NCBI GenBank assembly: GCA_040285855.1
Contig: JAUFOQ010000002.1
Location: 1,116,001-1,180,000 of the forward strand
Source: Eukaryota sp. GEM-RC1
Lineage: Eukaryota
Direction: 5' to 3'
DNA: 64,000 nucleotides
The notes beneath the pieces are model-generated. The model saw only the letters and a program-made list of their open reading frames with translations. It did no database searches and was not told where the DNA came from. Positions 35,901 to 49,991 of this stretch are shown piece by piece (position 1 is the first letter of the stretch; every line of letters starts with the position of its first letter). The position numbers and the translations under genes were made by a program.

Positions 35901-38900
35901 TTAAATTACAGAGAATTTTTTAATTTTCCTGCGATTTGATCGTAATGAATATGATCGAATTAAGTCCAAAATCGGATCATTATTTTTGAAATCCTCAGAA
36001 GAGTCCATGGTACTAATGACTGACGACCTTGATGACGTTTGCCTTCCCGAATGGGCCATTGATTGCAGTCGCTGATTAAATGGAGATTTTGGAAAAGTAA
36101 TTGATGGAATATTAACGTCCAAACTTCGTAATTCAGGTCTTTTGACTTCAGACGACCAATCATATCGATTAATCAAATCATCCATCCTTTTTTTCCACAT
36201 TTTCTCATCTCGTTCTAATAGAATTTGTTTTCTAGTTTTCGTGATACTTTCCTTTTTGGGAGAATCATTTTTGATTGGAAGAGGCGGCGGTGATGGGATC
36301 TCGGGTTCTCTTTCCTCACTTATTGAACTGATTGATGATGAACATTCGCTGTAAATGGAAGGTGATGACGTCACCGATGGAAGTTCTTCCACTTCTTCAA
36401 TTTCTGATACCTCTGGTTCTTCTTCAACAACTTCTTCCTCTATGATTTCCTCTTCAGATGATAGATAATCTAAGCCAGGAATCGCTGACCACCATTTTGA
36501 GGATGAAACTTCAGGAGACAAGGGGCATTGCAGAGAGAGCACATCAGCAGAATCTATGAAAATTTTAAAATTTCTAGGTGACGGTGGAGCTGAAGAAAAT
36601 AGAATTTTTGATTGAAATATAAAATCATTCAAAACATGTAGATTTACTTCAGACTTACTCTTCTTAAATACAAAAGCTGGAATCTTTGATTCAACAACTT
36701 CCTCTTCCTCAATGATCTCTTCCACGTCATCAATCACTTCTTCCGATTGCTCCTCAGACTCCACTACAGTCTCTTCACTTTCTATTTCAATAACTTCTTC
36801 CTCAATTTCTGGAGTTACTGGAGGTGGTGATTTAAAGATTTCTTGAAAAGACTCATCGTCCTCAGATGGAATGGATGCCACAGAAGGAGAAGAGACTGAA
36901 GAGGGAGGTGATGGGAAGAGGTTATGTATGGTAAGAACGGATTCAGAAGTCTTTGGACGCTCTACTGCAGGAGTTTTTGGTCTGCGTTCGAACATTAAAT
37001 CATCAATCATAATTCTGATCTCTTCTTCCATTACTAAGTCAATCAACACGTCACCCATCATTTCTGCCTCATGATCAAGAACCTCCAGTTCCAGATCATC
37101 AAAGTCATTTGATTGAACAGAAAAGGATGATCTACTACAAGGAACTAAACTAGAAGCCAAGGAAATGATAGAGGATGCAGCAGATGAAGTTTGGGGAGGG
37201 GAATAGGCAGGAGATGACGTCATTGGAGAGGAAAACTCAGAGTCAATCATGTTGTCCGAGGCAGATCTGCTAGGAAAACTATTGAATTCTTCATCAAATT
37301 CATCGAATAAAGATTCGTCAATAGACACTTCGCTTTCAGCTAATGCTTGTTCAAGTTTGTATAAAACGTCAGAGGGAAGGGTCAAATCAATATTGATTGG
37401 TCTGGGGGCATTATAATCAGCTGATTGAGGTCTGATTGATTGGCGACTGGGAAGCGAGACTGAGGGGAAACTCGATGATCGACTGAATATTGGCCTTGAT
37501 GACGGCATAGAGGCCATGATTGAAGTGGGAGGTCGACTCTCAGGATAATACAGATCACATAATCGTTGATAGTCATGAATGATGGTATATAGATCAATCT
37601 CATCATCAACTTTGATAGACCGAGCTGACAACGACCGATGTTTAAGTCCCTTTTTCTTATCACCAATCAAATTTGGAGTTGATTTTGACCTGGGGAACAA
37701 TCGCTCTGGATGATCACTCACTCCTGCCAGCAACATCTTTCTCTTTCTTTCCTCTTCTTCCTTAAGACGATCTTCTTCATTGACTTGATGCATGGCTTTT
37801 GATAAAGCTAAAAAGGCTTGGTCCAAGAATGAATGTTCAGTAGCAGATTGATGACGTGGCTTAGATGGATTACGTGGCATAGATTGAGCAGGAGAAGGAG
37901 GAGAAGGAGTTTGAGGTGGTTTTTGTTTGTGTAAATTTCCAAAATTTTGAATTTTTGTAGCAGTCTCAGAAGCAGAAAACCAAGGCTTAGTGGATTGAAT
38001 TTTGGTTGTCTGTAGAACATCCAAAAATCCAACCTTTGCGAATTTTGAAATTCTTGAAGAAATGACGAGCGAACTTCTGACTTCTTGGATTTTTTTAATT
38101 TTTCGGGTTACAGGTCGTCGTTCAATAAATGTATCTCTGGAAATCGCAAAATTTACATTTTTTGAAGTATTAGTCGCAGACGACAATCTATTGGGCGTCT
38201 CATCAGCTGTTTCAAAATCAGAAAGTTCGGACGACAATGATTGCTCGTCATCCAGAGCTTGATTGAGTGTTTGATTGAGATCTGATTGAGAGTCGGGATC
38301 ATCTGAGTGTCGAGGGTTTGAGTTAGCTGGGGTATTTGGTTTAACTGTAGACATTCGAGAGAATAAATTTCGTTTGGAAACCCTGTTTTTGAAAAAATTA
38401 AATTTCATTGATGGAAACTGTTGATTTAAAATATTTAAAACCTGAACAGAAGGCTCCACGAGTTTTCCAAATATGATTAATTTTTGATTTTTGAATCTAT
38501 GATAATCGTAAAGCTGTTCAACTTTTGGCGGTGAAATTGGATTAAAGTACTTTGTTGGACTTTTTCCTCTAGGAGGACTCCGTGGAACATCATTATCAAA
38601 AGAAACAGGCGTATGAGCCGTCCTTGTGGCAAAATCCTCCAAAATATTTGAAATATTTGAATTTTGACCCCGCTGTGTCTTTTTTGATTGAATCATCCTT
38701 GTTGAGCTTGAATACCACTTCTTAGGAACTTCAACAGACAACGGTCTAAAGGAATTCCTAGAAGGAGCTGACTGTGGGATTTGATCAATAAAAGACCCAG
38801 GAGTAGAGACATGATGTGTTGGTCGCTCCTTCTTGTTTTTTGAAAAATTAATTAATCTGGGAAAATTAGTTTCCACTGGCTCCCGACTTCCATGAACAAA

Positions 38901-40307
38901 ATCAGAAAAATGAATGAAATTATGAGATCCAACATTACCTTTCCCAGATCGTTGTTGTGGTTCAGCAGTATTAAGAGGAACAGAAAGGTTTCCAGGTAAA
39001 TGAGGAGATGGAAACCTAAAGTCTAGAACAGTTCTAAAGGCAAGTCTCACAGGTTTCTTAACAGTCGGAGTTGAACCAAAGAAAGGATTCGAAAATGATC
39101 CTTTTGGGAGTTGAACTTTGGATAAACTGTCTGTGATGTAAACGTCAGCCAAGTGTGATTCAACCTCGTTTGGGAAAGGGGGTATTGTAATCAAAAATAA
39201 ATGATTGGAGTTGATTAGGGCAAGAATACATGGATTGGGATCACAGAGGTCAGAATCAGAGAAGAGTTGCACTGTGCTGACGTCAGATTTTACTTGGGGC
39301 AGCGAATTTAGAGAAACTTGATAGTATAAAAACAATGAATCATTCTGAGTAACGAGAGAATAGAGATCATGATTGGCATCAATTGCTAACAGAATATTAA
39401 AATGATGCAAAAATGTGAAACCTGAAATTTTAACTGTTGACAGTTGAGAAAAGTCCAATGTTTCAGTCGTACCCTGCAAACAAGTAACAAGACCAGAAGA
39501 AAACCCCAAAAACATTTGTGAATTGTACAATGAAGCTGCAGTGACAATAAGCTGATCACGAAAATCAAAGACCTTTTTGATTGAAAAATCGTTTTGATCT
39601 AGGACGATTACTGCCAATTCATAAACAAGAAATATTAAAGAAGAAAACTGTTTTGAATCGAAAACAGAATCAATTGAAATTAATAGGCCTAAACCATTAG
39701 AAAAATGGATATCTTGACGCTCACATTTAGTAATATTGTTATTAGCAGATATAGAACAGACAAAAACTCATCTCCATCGGTCACAATTACGTTAGAAGTC
39801 AAGGAAAGTCTTCCTGTGCTTTTTCGAGAAGAGATCATGGATCGAGAAGTCCCGAGAGGAATCACAAATGAATTTTTGACATTTTTCACATTCAAATCAA
39901 GTCGACACGAAAAATCCAAAAGTACAAGGATCGAAAACTAAAACTGTTCCATTTTCAAAAAAAGTGAACAATCGATTGATCTCTTTTAATAAAATGGTTT
40001 TGACTAGCTTGTTAAAAAACGTTGGATGAGTGGCAGTGGCATTCTCTGACCCAGAGAGAACCGTAGAAACAAAAACGTGACCCTTTACTAAGGACACGAG
40101 ATGGAGACAGTTGTCAATTGTTGAGATGACGGCATTGGAAGAGTCAATGATGGCAAGAGTGGAGATTGTGACTGGGGAGAATAAGATAGGTAGAGGAGGG
40201 AAAGGATAAGAAAAACGATATTTGTTTGATTGAGAAGTATTGAATGATGTGTGGGTTAGGCATATGTGATATAGAAGATGTGTGACAGTGGAAAAGAATA
40301 AGTACAA
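35901..40307 (-). CDS. Large protein with beta-rich N-terminus and long Ser/Pro/Glu-rich disordered region (N-terminal part broken by frameshifts)
   Basis: 1238-codon ORF plus upstream same-strand fragments 39689-39919 and 39897-40307. Confidence 0.6.
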
Positions 40308-40504
40308 TTATGATGAGGACATTGGAAAAGATTCAGAAGACGATGTGAAGTAAGCTGATGTAACTGAAGCGACCGAAGTGATGGTAACTTTGATGAACAG
40401 CTATCACATTTGAACATTGCTCATATAGTAGTACTATGTGTTTGAACGAAAAGATCTGAGAGTATTTGTACAAATGTCACAAACGGCTTCACCCAACTCA
40501 ACTG

Positions 40505-41544
40505 ATGTCAAACGGAGACCTACTCATCCCACACTCTATTTCTTTGTGTTCATTGGACTTTTTGTTCTTTTTTTTCGTTGTGTTATACTTCATCTTCAGA
40601 GACACATCAACTCCTCTTTCTTCGTTCCGTAGCTCATCCCATATCACCGTCTCTGGTTTAAGCTCTGGTGCTTTCATGAGTACCCAATTTCACGTAGCCT
40701 TTTCTAAACATATTAAAGGAATGGGCAGCTTCTCTGGAGGCCCTTATATGTGTGCAAATGATGATGCCACCACTGCCCAAACTTGTTGTATGTCCGATCC
40801 AGAGTGTATCGCAGTCCCTGATCTTGTTACAGTTACTCAATCTACTTCTTCTATCGATCATCCTTCTAATATGAACAATTCCAGGGTTTTCATTTATTCT
40901 CCCTTTAATGACAGTGTTGTGAAGCAACAGGTCTCAATCAAACTTTCTACTTATTATAAACATTTTGTTCCATCCTCTAACATCAAATCAGTCTTCAATC
41001 ACTATGGTGAACACGCGATTCCAACCATTGATTATGGCAGTGATTGTTTCTACAATGGAGCTCCTTACATTAACAACTGTAACTATGATGGTGCCAGGGA
41101 AGTTCTTGAGTGGCTCATTGGTGATCTACCGGCAGATCCTGGCGTGTTCAACAAAACCAATCTCCACTTCTTCTCCCAACACAATCATCTCAGATATGGT
41201 TTTAGTCTGGGCAGTCTTTCACTTGGGTCTTATGGAATGGTCTATGTTCCACAACAATGTCTGGAACACGGAACATGTTCCCTCCACGTTGCCTTCCATG
41301 GTTGCGGACAAGGACTTGGAGCCATTGGAGAGGTATTTGCTCATCATTCTGGATATGCTCAATGGGCTGAGCAAGGGGAATCATTGTCCTTTTCCCTCAA
41401 GCTGATGCCTCCTTTATACCCTTTAATCCACGGGGTTGTTGGGACTTTTGGGGATATACTGGGTCTGATTATGCTTTTAGACATGGAAGGCAAATGTCAA
41501 TGATTAGGAGTATGGTTAATGCTATCAGTGGAGTTTCTCTGTAA
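40505..41544 (+). CDS. Poly(3-hydroxybutyrate) depolymerase-like alpha/beta hydrolase with N-terminal anchor (frameshift at G-run ~41376)
   Basis: ITVSGLSSGAFM (lipase box), GGPYMCA, DSVV, EHAIPT, CSLHVAFHGC. The repaired C-terminus reads IIVLFPQ..NPRGCWDFWGY..GRQM. Confidence 0.85.
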
Positions 41545-41993
41545 AATTTAAAATATTAAAAATGATTGTGGCGGTAATTTACAGATTTTTGTAAAAAAAT
41601 GTACATGTAATGTTGTCTATTTTGGATGAGTTTTTCTCTGTAATTGAACACTCTAATGTTACATTCAGGATCTGTAATACTAATTCTGCTAGGATCATTT
41701 TAATATTAGTACAATAACGTTGGTTTTCAGATTTTGAAGACATAGTAGTAGTGAACCATTCGAACTAATTCGTTGTTCATTGTATGTGACATAAGATTTA
41801 GCTGAAACATCCGTAGTTCACACTTGGTTAGCAAGGATGACCGTTTTATGGAAAGAGGTGATGTCGGGCTAGATGAAGGGTGCAGTATGTAGAGACCAAT
41901 TCAATAAGACCAAGATCACACTCACGATACGGGAAAGAGATAAAAAGCGTCGTTGATCCTTCATCATTTAAGTCGATCCATTGATCTCATTTT

Positions 41994-44900
41994 ATGAGCC
42001 TTCGATTCGTCGTATTCTGTGTGCTGGGGCTCTGCGTGAACTTGGTCTACACATCAGATCTCACCATCGATAAGGACACTATCCTCCCTTCCCATAGCCA
42101 ATTTAACAACGTTGTTTGGAATTCAGGAAGCCTAGCTGTTTCTGATCTCAAGATAACTGGTACTCTTTATCTTTCAGCAGGTTCATCAGTTAAATTGTCT
42201 GGAGAGGTGTTCGCCAATTCTGTTGTCGTTGACGGTCGCGTGGATCTACTCAGTAACGCGAATGTCTCCGTAGTTCACACGTCCGACCTTTCAATTGAAT
42301 CGAGGTCATGTCTTGCTAGTACAGTCCCTTTTACCGTTTCAAATCAAATCACCGTCACTCTTGGATTTCTATCCATTGATACGACTGAATACGCCCTCTC
42401 TCCCTGATCGCTGGGTGATAACTAAGTCTGTAGTTCTGCTCGTCAACACATCGGCTGTTCCATTTGATGAGCCCCACACATCGACGTCTGTCGAAATATC
42501 GAAAAGTGTCTTTGAGCTTACATCTGGCCGTCCTCTTCAAGTATCTGACTCCTTATCTGCCGTACATAGCAGTCTACTTGGCCATGACGCTGTACTTCTC
42601 GAAGATCTTGTAATGGCTTCCGCTGAACTTCAAGCCTCGAAAGTTGTTATCAATAGAAACTCTAAACTATCTCACTTTGTCTTTCTCCGTCCTGCTACTA
42701 CCATCCTTAATAATGGCTACTTGTATATTGGAAACTTCAACGCCTTTTCCCTTCCTTACATCTACTTCGAAGACCATACGGGAATAATCAATGATGGAAC
42801 CATGCTCATGGATGATCTTTTAGCGATTTACCGTTACAACTTTGACTGCTCCGCTCATAATAGTTCGGCTTTTCTCTGGAACCGGGGCTCTCTCACGATG
42901 GAATCGTCGAATGTAGCAGGAAAAGTTTTTGAAACTGACATTTACTTTTCCAATGATGGTGACTTCTCTTTAGCCAAGGATCATTCTTTCAGATTGTTTG
43001 GAGGGTTTGACTATGATCACCGTCATTTGGGAAGTGGTAGCAATACATTAGCTCCATCAACTAGGTTTTACCTACATCGGGACACATTGCATCTCACTAC
43101 TGCTGATTCTAGCTTACTGGGACCTCTTTCTGTGTTCACATTGGAAACTGATGATGCTATGTTGATTATTGATGGTGTGTTTGATCTCAATAGACGTCTT
43201 GACCAAATATTTGGTCGAGTTGATTTTACAGCCAATGCCACGTATGATCTTGATCAGGTTATTGCTACTAATAATGTCGTATACAACTTCTTTGGTGACC
43301 AATCTCCCAAAACAAATCACCTAGAACAACTTAAGCTTTCTGACAACTCTTCAGTTACATTTCATCGAATTTCCAAAGACTTCATTTTCGAGTCAATTTC
43401 TGTCATAGATAATGCTTTACTTACTATCTACTGTGCTAATGGAACTAGTATAATCCACAGGTTTTTTATTGAATTTGGAACTCTCGTAAGGCTTGGGGGA
43501 GGATGTGGATTTAGTTTTGAAGATGAATTCATTCTTGAAGGAGATGTTGAATTTGATGACGTTGGTGATGACATACGCTTTCCTAATTTGACAATACCAG
43601 GTAATATTATCAAAATACCATCCATTAATGGTTCTTTTATCGTTGATGGGGCTCTGAACGTCACCGACGGAGATTTAATCATAGGAGATATCGAAGATGA
43701 TTTCACTGTCAAAGGTCCTATCTTTTGTGATGGGGGAAGGATTATTGTCGATAGTATTGGTGGAAACTTTGAAGCAGAAGAATTGTATTTGAACAATTGT
43801 GAATTTATCATCTCTTTTATTGGGGGCAATGTGACGATTGGTGATGGTGTTACTGCAGTCGATTCTACTTTAATACTTGAAGTCATTGCTGATTACTTGG
43901 AAGTGGGTGACTCAATTGACTGTAAAAGATGTACAATTAGATCGTCAACTGGAGACGCTGACTTTAAGAGCAAGATTGTGATTGAAGAAGATTCTATTTT
44001 TGACCTTGCCATTATTCATCCAAATAGGAAAGTCGTATTTGACCTTGACCTATCTGATTCAATTTTTAATTTAGAACACAATTCTACAGATATTACGTTC
44101 ATAGATGCTGATTTTGTCAATGTCGTAATTGATATAGTAAATACTGGAAATGATGGTCATGGAGATTTAACATTTGATGACGACTTATTCTGTAGTCAAG
44201 GACAGATTACTATCAATTATATTTCAACAAATTTTAATGTTGGTGAACTGGTTCTTAATAATTGTCATTTTGAAATTTCTGGAATCGGACAAAATGGAAC
44301 AATTTCTAAAAATATCTCTGCCATCGATTCTACTCTAATTCTCAATAATATCGCTGATTACTTGGAAGTGGGTGACTCAATTGACTGTAAAAGATGTACA
44401 ATTAGATCGTCAACTGGAGATGCTGACTTTAAGAGGAAGATTGTGATTGAAGAAGATTCTATTTTTGACCTTGTCATTACTCATCCAAATAGGAAAGTCG
44501 TATTTGACCTTGACCTGTCTGATTCAATTTTTAATTTAGAACACAATTCTACAGATATTACGTTCATAGATGCTGATTTTGTCAATGTCGTAATTGATAT
44601 AGTAAATACTGGAAATGATGGTCATGGAGATTTAACATTTGATGACGACTTATTCTGTAGTCAAGGACAGATTACTATCAATTATATTTCAACAAATTTT
44701 AATGTTGGTGAACTGGTTCTTAATAATTGTCATTTTGAAATTTCTGGAATCGGACAAAATGGAACAATTTCTAAAAATATCTCTGCCATCGATTCTACTC
44801 TAATTCTCAATAATATCGCTGATTACTTGGAAGTGGGTGACTCAATTGACTGTAAAAGATGTACAATTAGATCGTCAACTGGAGATGCTGACTTTAAGAG

Positions 44901-47900
44901 GAAGATTGTGATTGAAGAAGATTCTATTTTTGACCTTGTCATTACTCATCCAAATAGGAAAGTCGTATTTGACCTTGACCTGTCTGATTCAATTTTTGAT
45001 TTAGAACACAATTCTACAGATATTACGTTCATAGATGCTGATTTTGTCAATGTCGTAATTGATATAGTAAATACTGGAAATGATGGTCGTGGAGATTTAA
45101 CATTTGCTGACGACTTATTCTGTAGTCAAGGACAGATTACTATCAATTATATTTCAACAAATTTTAATGTTGGTGAACTGGTTCTTGATAATTGTCATTT
45201 TGAAATTTCTGGAATCGGACAAAATGGAACAATTTCTAAAAATATCTCTGCCATCGATTCTACTCTAATTCTCAATATTATCGCTGATTACTTGGAAGTG
45301 GGTGACTCAATTGACTGTAAAAGATGTACAATTAGATCGTCAACTGGAGATGCTGACTTTAAGAGCAAGATTGTGATTGAAGAAGATTCTATTTTTGACC
45401 TTGCCATTACTCATCCAAATAGGAAAGTCGTATTTGACCTTGATCTGTCTGATTCAATTTTTGATTTAGAACACAATTCTACAGATATTACGTTCATAGA
45501 TGCTGATTTTGTCAATGTCGTAATTGATATAGTAAATACTGGAAATGATGGTCGTGGAGATTTAACATTTGATGACGACTTATTCTGTAGTCAAGGACAG
45601 ATTACTATCAATTATATTTCAACAAATTTTAATGTTGGTGATCTGGTTCTAAATAATTGTCATTTTGAAATTTCTGGAGTCGGACAAAATGGAACAATTT
45701 CTAAAAATATCTCTGCCATCGATTCTACTCTAATTCTCAATAATATCGCTGATTACTTGGAAGTGGGTGACTCAATTGACTGTAAAAGATGTACAATTAG
45801 ATCGTCAACTGGAGATGCTGACTTTAAGAGCAAGATTGTGATTGAAGAAGATTCTATTTTGACCTTGCCATTACTCATCCAAATAGGAAAGTCGTATTTG
45901 ACCTTGATCTGTCTGATTCAACTTTTGATTTAGAACACAATTCTACAGATATTGTTTTCCCTAATATCAATGTTCTAAGATCTGTTATAGAGTTTGTCAA
46001 TTCTGGTACAGATGGTCACGATAACATTACTATTGAAAATAATTTTTCTGTAGCCAAGGGGAAATCTCTATTAATTACATTTCGAATGATTTCAATGTCA
46101 AGTCCCTGGATTTACTCAAATGTGATTTTATGATCTCTATCATTGGTAGAACTGCCAACATCTTTTCTGACATTAATACTGTAGACTCCTATTTGAAACT
46201 TGCTGAGGTCGGTCAATCTGTAGTAGTTTCACGATCGTTTGTGTTAACAGATTCGGTTTTTGAATCAAATTTGGATGTTTTCGATGCTAATAATGTCACT
46301 ATCACCAGATCTTCATTTTTCTTAAATTCTGTCACTTCTGAAGCTCGCTTCAAAGATCTTTTAATGGTATCAGGGGAATTCAAAATTTCTAATGCTAATA
46401 CCACTTCCTTTTACGGAATTGTATCAGTTTCCGATGGTGACGTCAACATCAATTGCTCTGTTTTAGAAGGTCATCACGAATCTTCAATCTCTTTGAGTGG
46501 AGGTTATTCTGTCTGGGATGTTGACGTGATCAAGTTTTCTACCAGTTCATTCAACTTTTTTACAGGATCAATGCAGTTAACCACTGATAACGTTGACGGT
46601 AAAGATTCACGTATTTCTATCGCAGACGGTGATTTCTCAATCAACTGTAAATCTACTGATTCTACTGCGGCTGCTCTTTTCACTCTTGAGACTTCCAAAA
46701 TGACCATAGATAGTACATATTTCACAGGCTGCTTCACTCCAATTGTTCATTCTAAACAGTGTGAGATGGATTTGCACCGAGTTAAAGTGTATGATTGTGA
46801 TGCTCACGTTTTATTTGATGGATCAGAAACAAACTGTCTTATTGAAGATTCTTCTATCAATTCTGTAAATGGTTCTATTTTCAACTTCGTAACACAATCC
46901 AAGCTGACCATCAACAATTTGTCAGTGTCTCATACAGACACGTCATCTTTCTTGACTTCAGTTGACTCTTCTGTATTTGGTCTTGTTAATTTGACAATTG
47001 ATTCTGTTGATTGTGAAGGAATTCTTAGCGCTTCTTCGAGAAGTTCAGTATTAGCTGACGGTATTTCTCTCTCAAACACACATGGTGAGCCTTTCTTTAA
47101 ACTGGATTCATCATTTATGATTGCCAATCGCATTACTGTCGACAATATTCAATCAGATAATCTGTTCCAGATACAATTAGCTGACCTAAAGCTCACCGAT
47201 CTTTTGATCAAAGACTCTCGTTTTGAGTCGTCAATATTCCAAATGACTTCTTCAAAAGTTGATATTGATTTTTCAACTTCTCTTCTCCAAAACTCAGATA
47301 GCCAAGTTCTTATCTCCCAGCGTCATTGTAGTACTGAGATTGATGGTTTAGTATTACTGCCTTCGTTGAATCTCGGAGATTGTGCTATTAGATCTTCCAG
47401 TTCTTCTTTAAGACTTTCGAACTTGATGTTTGAACGGTCAAAATCACCTGTCTTGAAGAGCTCAAAGTCTACAGTAGTGATTGATTCACCTAATTTATCA
47501 CAGTGTCATCCAAGTACTGCTTTAAGCTATAATCTGTCTGATAATAATAGAGAAAATTCCCTCTTCCAATTCTATGGGTCAAAGGTAGAGTTCTACAATG
47601 TAAAAGCAAATCAATGCAGATTCCCTTTCATTTTTGGGGTTGACAGTGAACTTTTCTTAAATGGTTCGTTGTTTGAACGTTTCTCTGATAATGTAATCCA
47701 TTCTGACAGACAATCAACACTGATTGCTTACAACTGCTCCTTTGAAATGGGGCTCAAGACTTCAATTATTTCTGATTCTGCAGATTCTCTTGAGTTGAAC
47801 CACTGCAAATTTAAAGATAATCAAGGATATAATGGCACGGGTGTGTTCGCAACGAATTGTCAAAATATTGAAATATTTGACTCTGAGTTCATTAAAAACC

Positions 47901-49991
47901 ATGCTGATAACGATGGTGGAGCTCTCCATTTTGTTTCCGATGAGAATCATCAAATTCAGCTTACTAACAATCTTTTCCAAGAAAACAATGCAATGAGAGC
48001 TGGTGGTGCCGTTTTCATCAATTATCCCTCTATTTTTAATATTTCAAACAATTCTTACATTTCAAATACTGCCGATGGATGGGGTGATCTTTATGCAACT
48101 AACCCAAGATATCTAGATACTGAGTTTGAAAATCCAGACTCTACAGCTTATCAACGTAACATCATCATCAAGGTACGTGATGGATACAATCAATTTGCCA
48201 TCTTTGGGCCTCTTGACCATCAATCTCTGACTGTCACTCCAACTAACGAAGAAATCGTGTTAATGGAACGTCCGGTCATTAGACCATCTCACGAGTTTGT
48301 CACTTCTGCCAACATTACAATGCGTGGAGTTACCGGCACTTACAATCTTTCTGTAAGTCATCCTAGTTATCAAACTCATCTCTTACCCTTCACTACTGGT
48401 ATTTGTCCTTTTGGGTCATGGCTTTATTGGTGGTTCGTGTGCTCCTTGTCCTCCTGGAACTCAGAGTTCCCCATTTGGAACCTCTATTTGTATCAATTGT
48501 GAAGCAGGAATGTGGTCTTCTTACGGAGCCCATGAATGCAGTCCATGTTCACCTGGAACCTATAGACCAACTAGTACTTCCCCTGCGTGCCAACGGTGTG
48601 AACACGGCTTCATTGCGGAATTACGTGGAGCCACGGAGTGTCGTCGTTGCTCTCTCAATCAAATGTCTAATCACGGTCGTTCTTCGTGCGAGTGTGTATC
48701 AAACTCTATTCCCAATTGGGCAAGTGGAGAGTTAGTCTGTGATCCTTGTCCAACTGGAATGCTTTGCTTTGGAGCTGATGATACTTGTTTGAATGCTGGT
48801 TATTGGAAGGGTGCTAAGAACAATGAAATATACCGTTGTGCACATCAAGGTTGTCTCGGCACGTGTCACAATGGTTTGATGCCTTTAGTTCTCACAGCCC
48901 CTCCCTCTGGTAGATGCAACGACTATCATCAGGGATCTCTTTGTCACGAGTGTGTTGAAGGTACCTACATGATTGCTGGTCAGTGTACAAAGTGTTGGAG
49001 TCCTATTGGTAGTGGTATCGTATTAGGAACTTCTATAGCCGTTCTACTTACTTTGATTTACGGTATAACTTCTCATGGTGCCAGGGTTGGCATGTACTTG
49101 TCTGCGATTCGATTTGTTCAAATGGCTGTTGCCATTGTAGTTATCTGTTCTGTCACCATTCACTCTTCTCTCTTACCTTTTTACGGAGCTTTCAGAACAG
49201 TTTTTGTTGACGTTTGGAAGACTTTACCAGTAATGTGCTTGGGCTTGGCCTCTAGGGATTATCCAATGGAGTTTTACTTGTCATGTGGCATTGTTGTTGC
49301 TATTTGTCTTGGAATAATTATAGTACGGCCTAAAGAACCTCGAAAACACTATACATCTAAGATCTTTATATCTGAACTTATTCTCATTGTGCTGCTTGTG
49401 CTACTGCCTGCACTTGCTTTCAACGGTCTGGGAATGTTCTCGTGTAATTTTGTAGACGGAGATTTCATTCTAGAAGCTGATTCATCTCAAAATATCATGA
49501 AATGTTTTTCTAAAGATTGGTTTGAAATGCTTGGAGTACTGGGAGGAGCTGTTGTGGTTTTCCTTATTGCTTTTAAGTATTTGTTTTCCCTTAAGGATAG
49601 CAGTTCATCAGTTCCTGTCCGAAAGTTCTTTGGTTATAGAAAAATGAAGTATGAACGAATCTTCCTGCTCTTTTCGATCGCTGTTACTGGAGTTTTATGG
49701 GCAATTCCGGCTGGTCTTCCTAGATTGTCAATGGCTTTAATCACTATGATGTCATCAATCATATTTGTAGCAAAATCGCGACCTTATATTACTGATGTTA
49801 TGAATAACGCGACCATTATTTCAAATATTGTCTTGCTACTTTTGGTTTTCCAAGCTATCGTGATTGAACTAGCAAGGTTCACTCGGCATTACGTTTGGGA
49901 TTCTGAATCTACCAGTGCTTTAGTCGTCGGACTACTGCCATTAATCTGGACAGTTTGCCTGGTAATCTTGGGGCTTAGGTCTTTTTTTTGA
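41994..49991 (+). CDS. Very large (~2,660 aa) surface protein: signal peptide, beta-solenoid/PMP-like ectodomain with 155-aa tandem repeats, Cys-rich GCC2/GCC3-type repeats, multi-pass TM domain (about four frameshifts)
   Basis: Consecutive same-strand ORFs 41994, 42295, 46130 and 48411. Motifs F.KNHA..DGGAL / FQENNA..AGGAV and CPPGT/CEAG/CSPGTY repeats. Many hydrophobic helices at the C-terminus. Confidence 0.8.
43860..45950 (+). repeat. Coding tandem repeat, 465-bp unit, 4 full copies + 1 partial
   Basis: GATTACTTGGAAGTGGG recurs at 43891, 44356, 44821, 45286 and 45751. Confidence 0.95.

Noticed and set aside
43860..45950. Possible CRISPR-like array
   Set aside because: Contiguous in-frame 465-bp coding repeats with no unique spacers.
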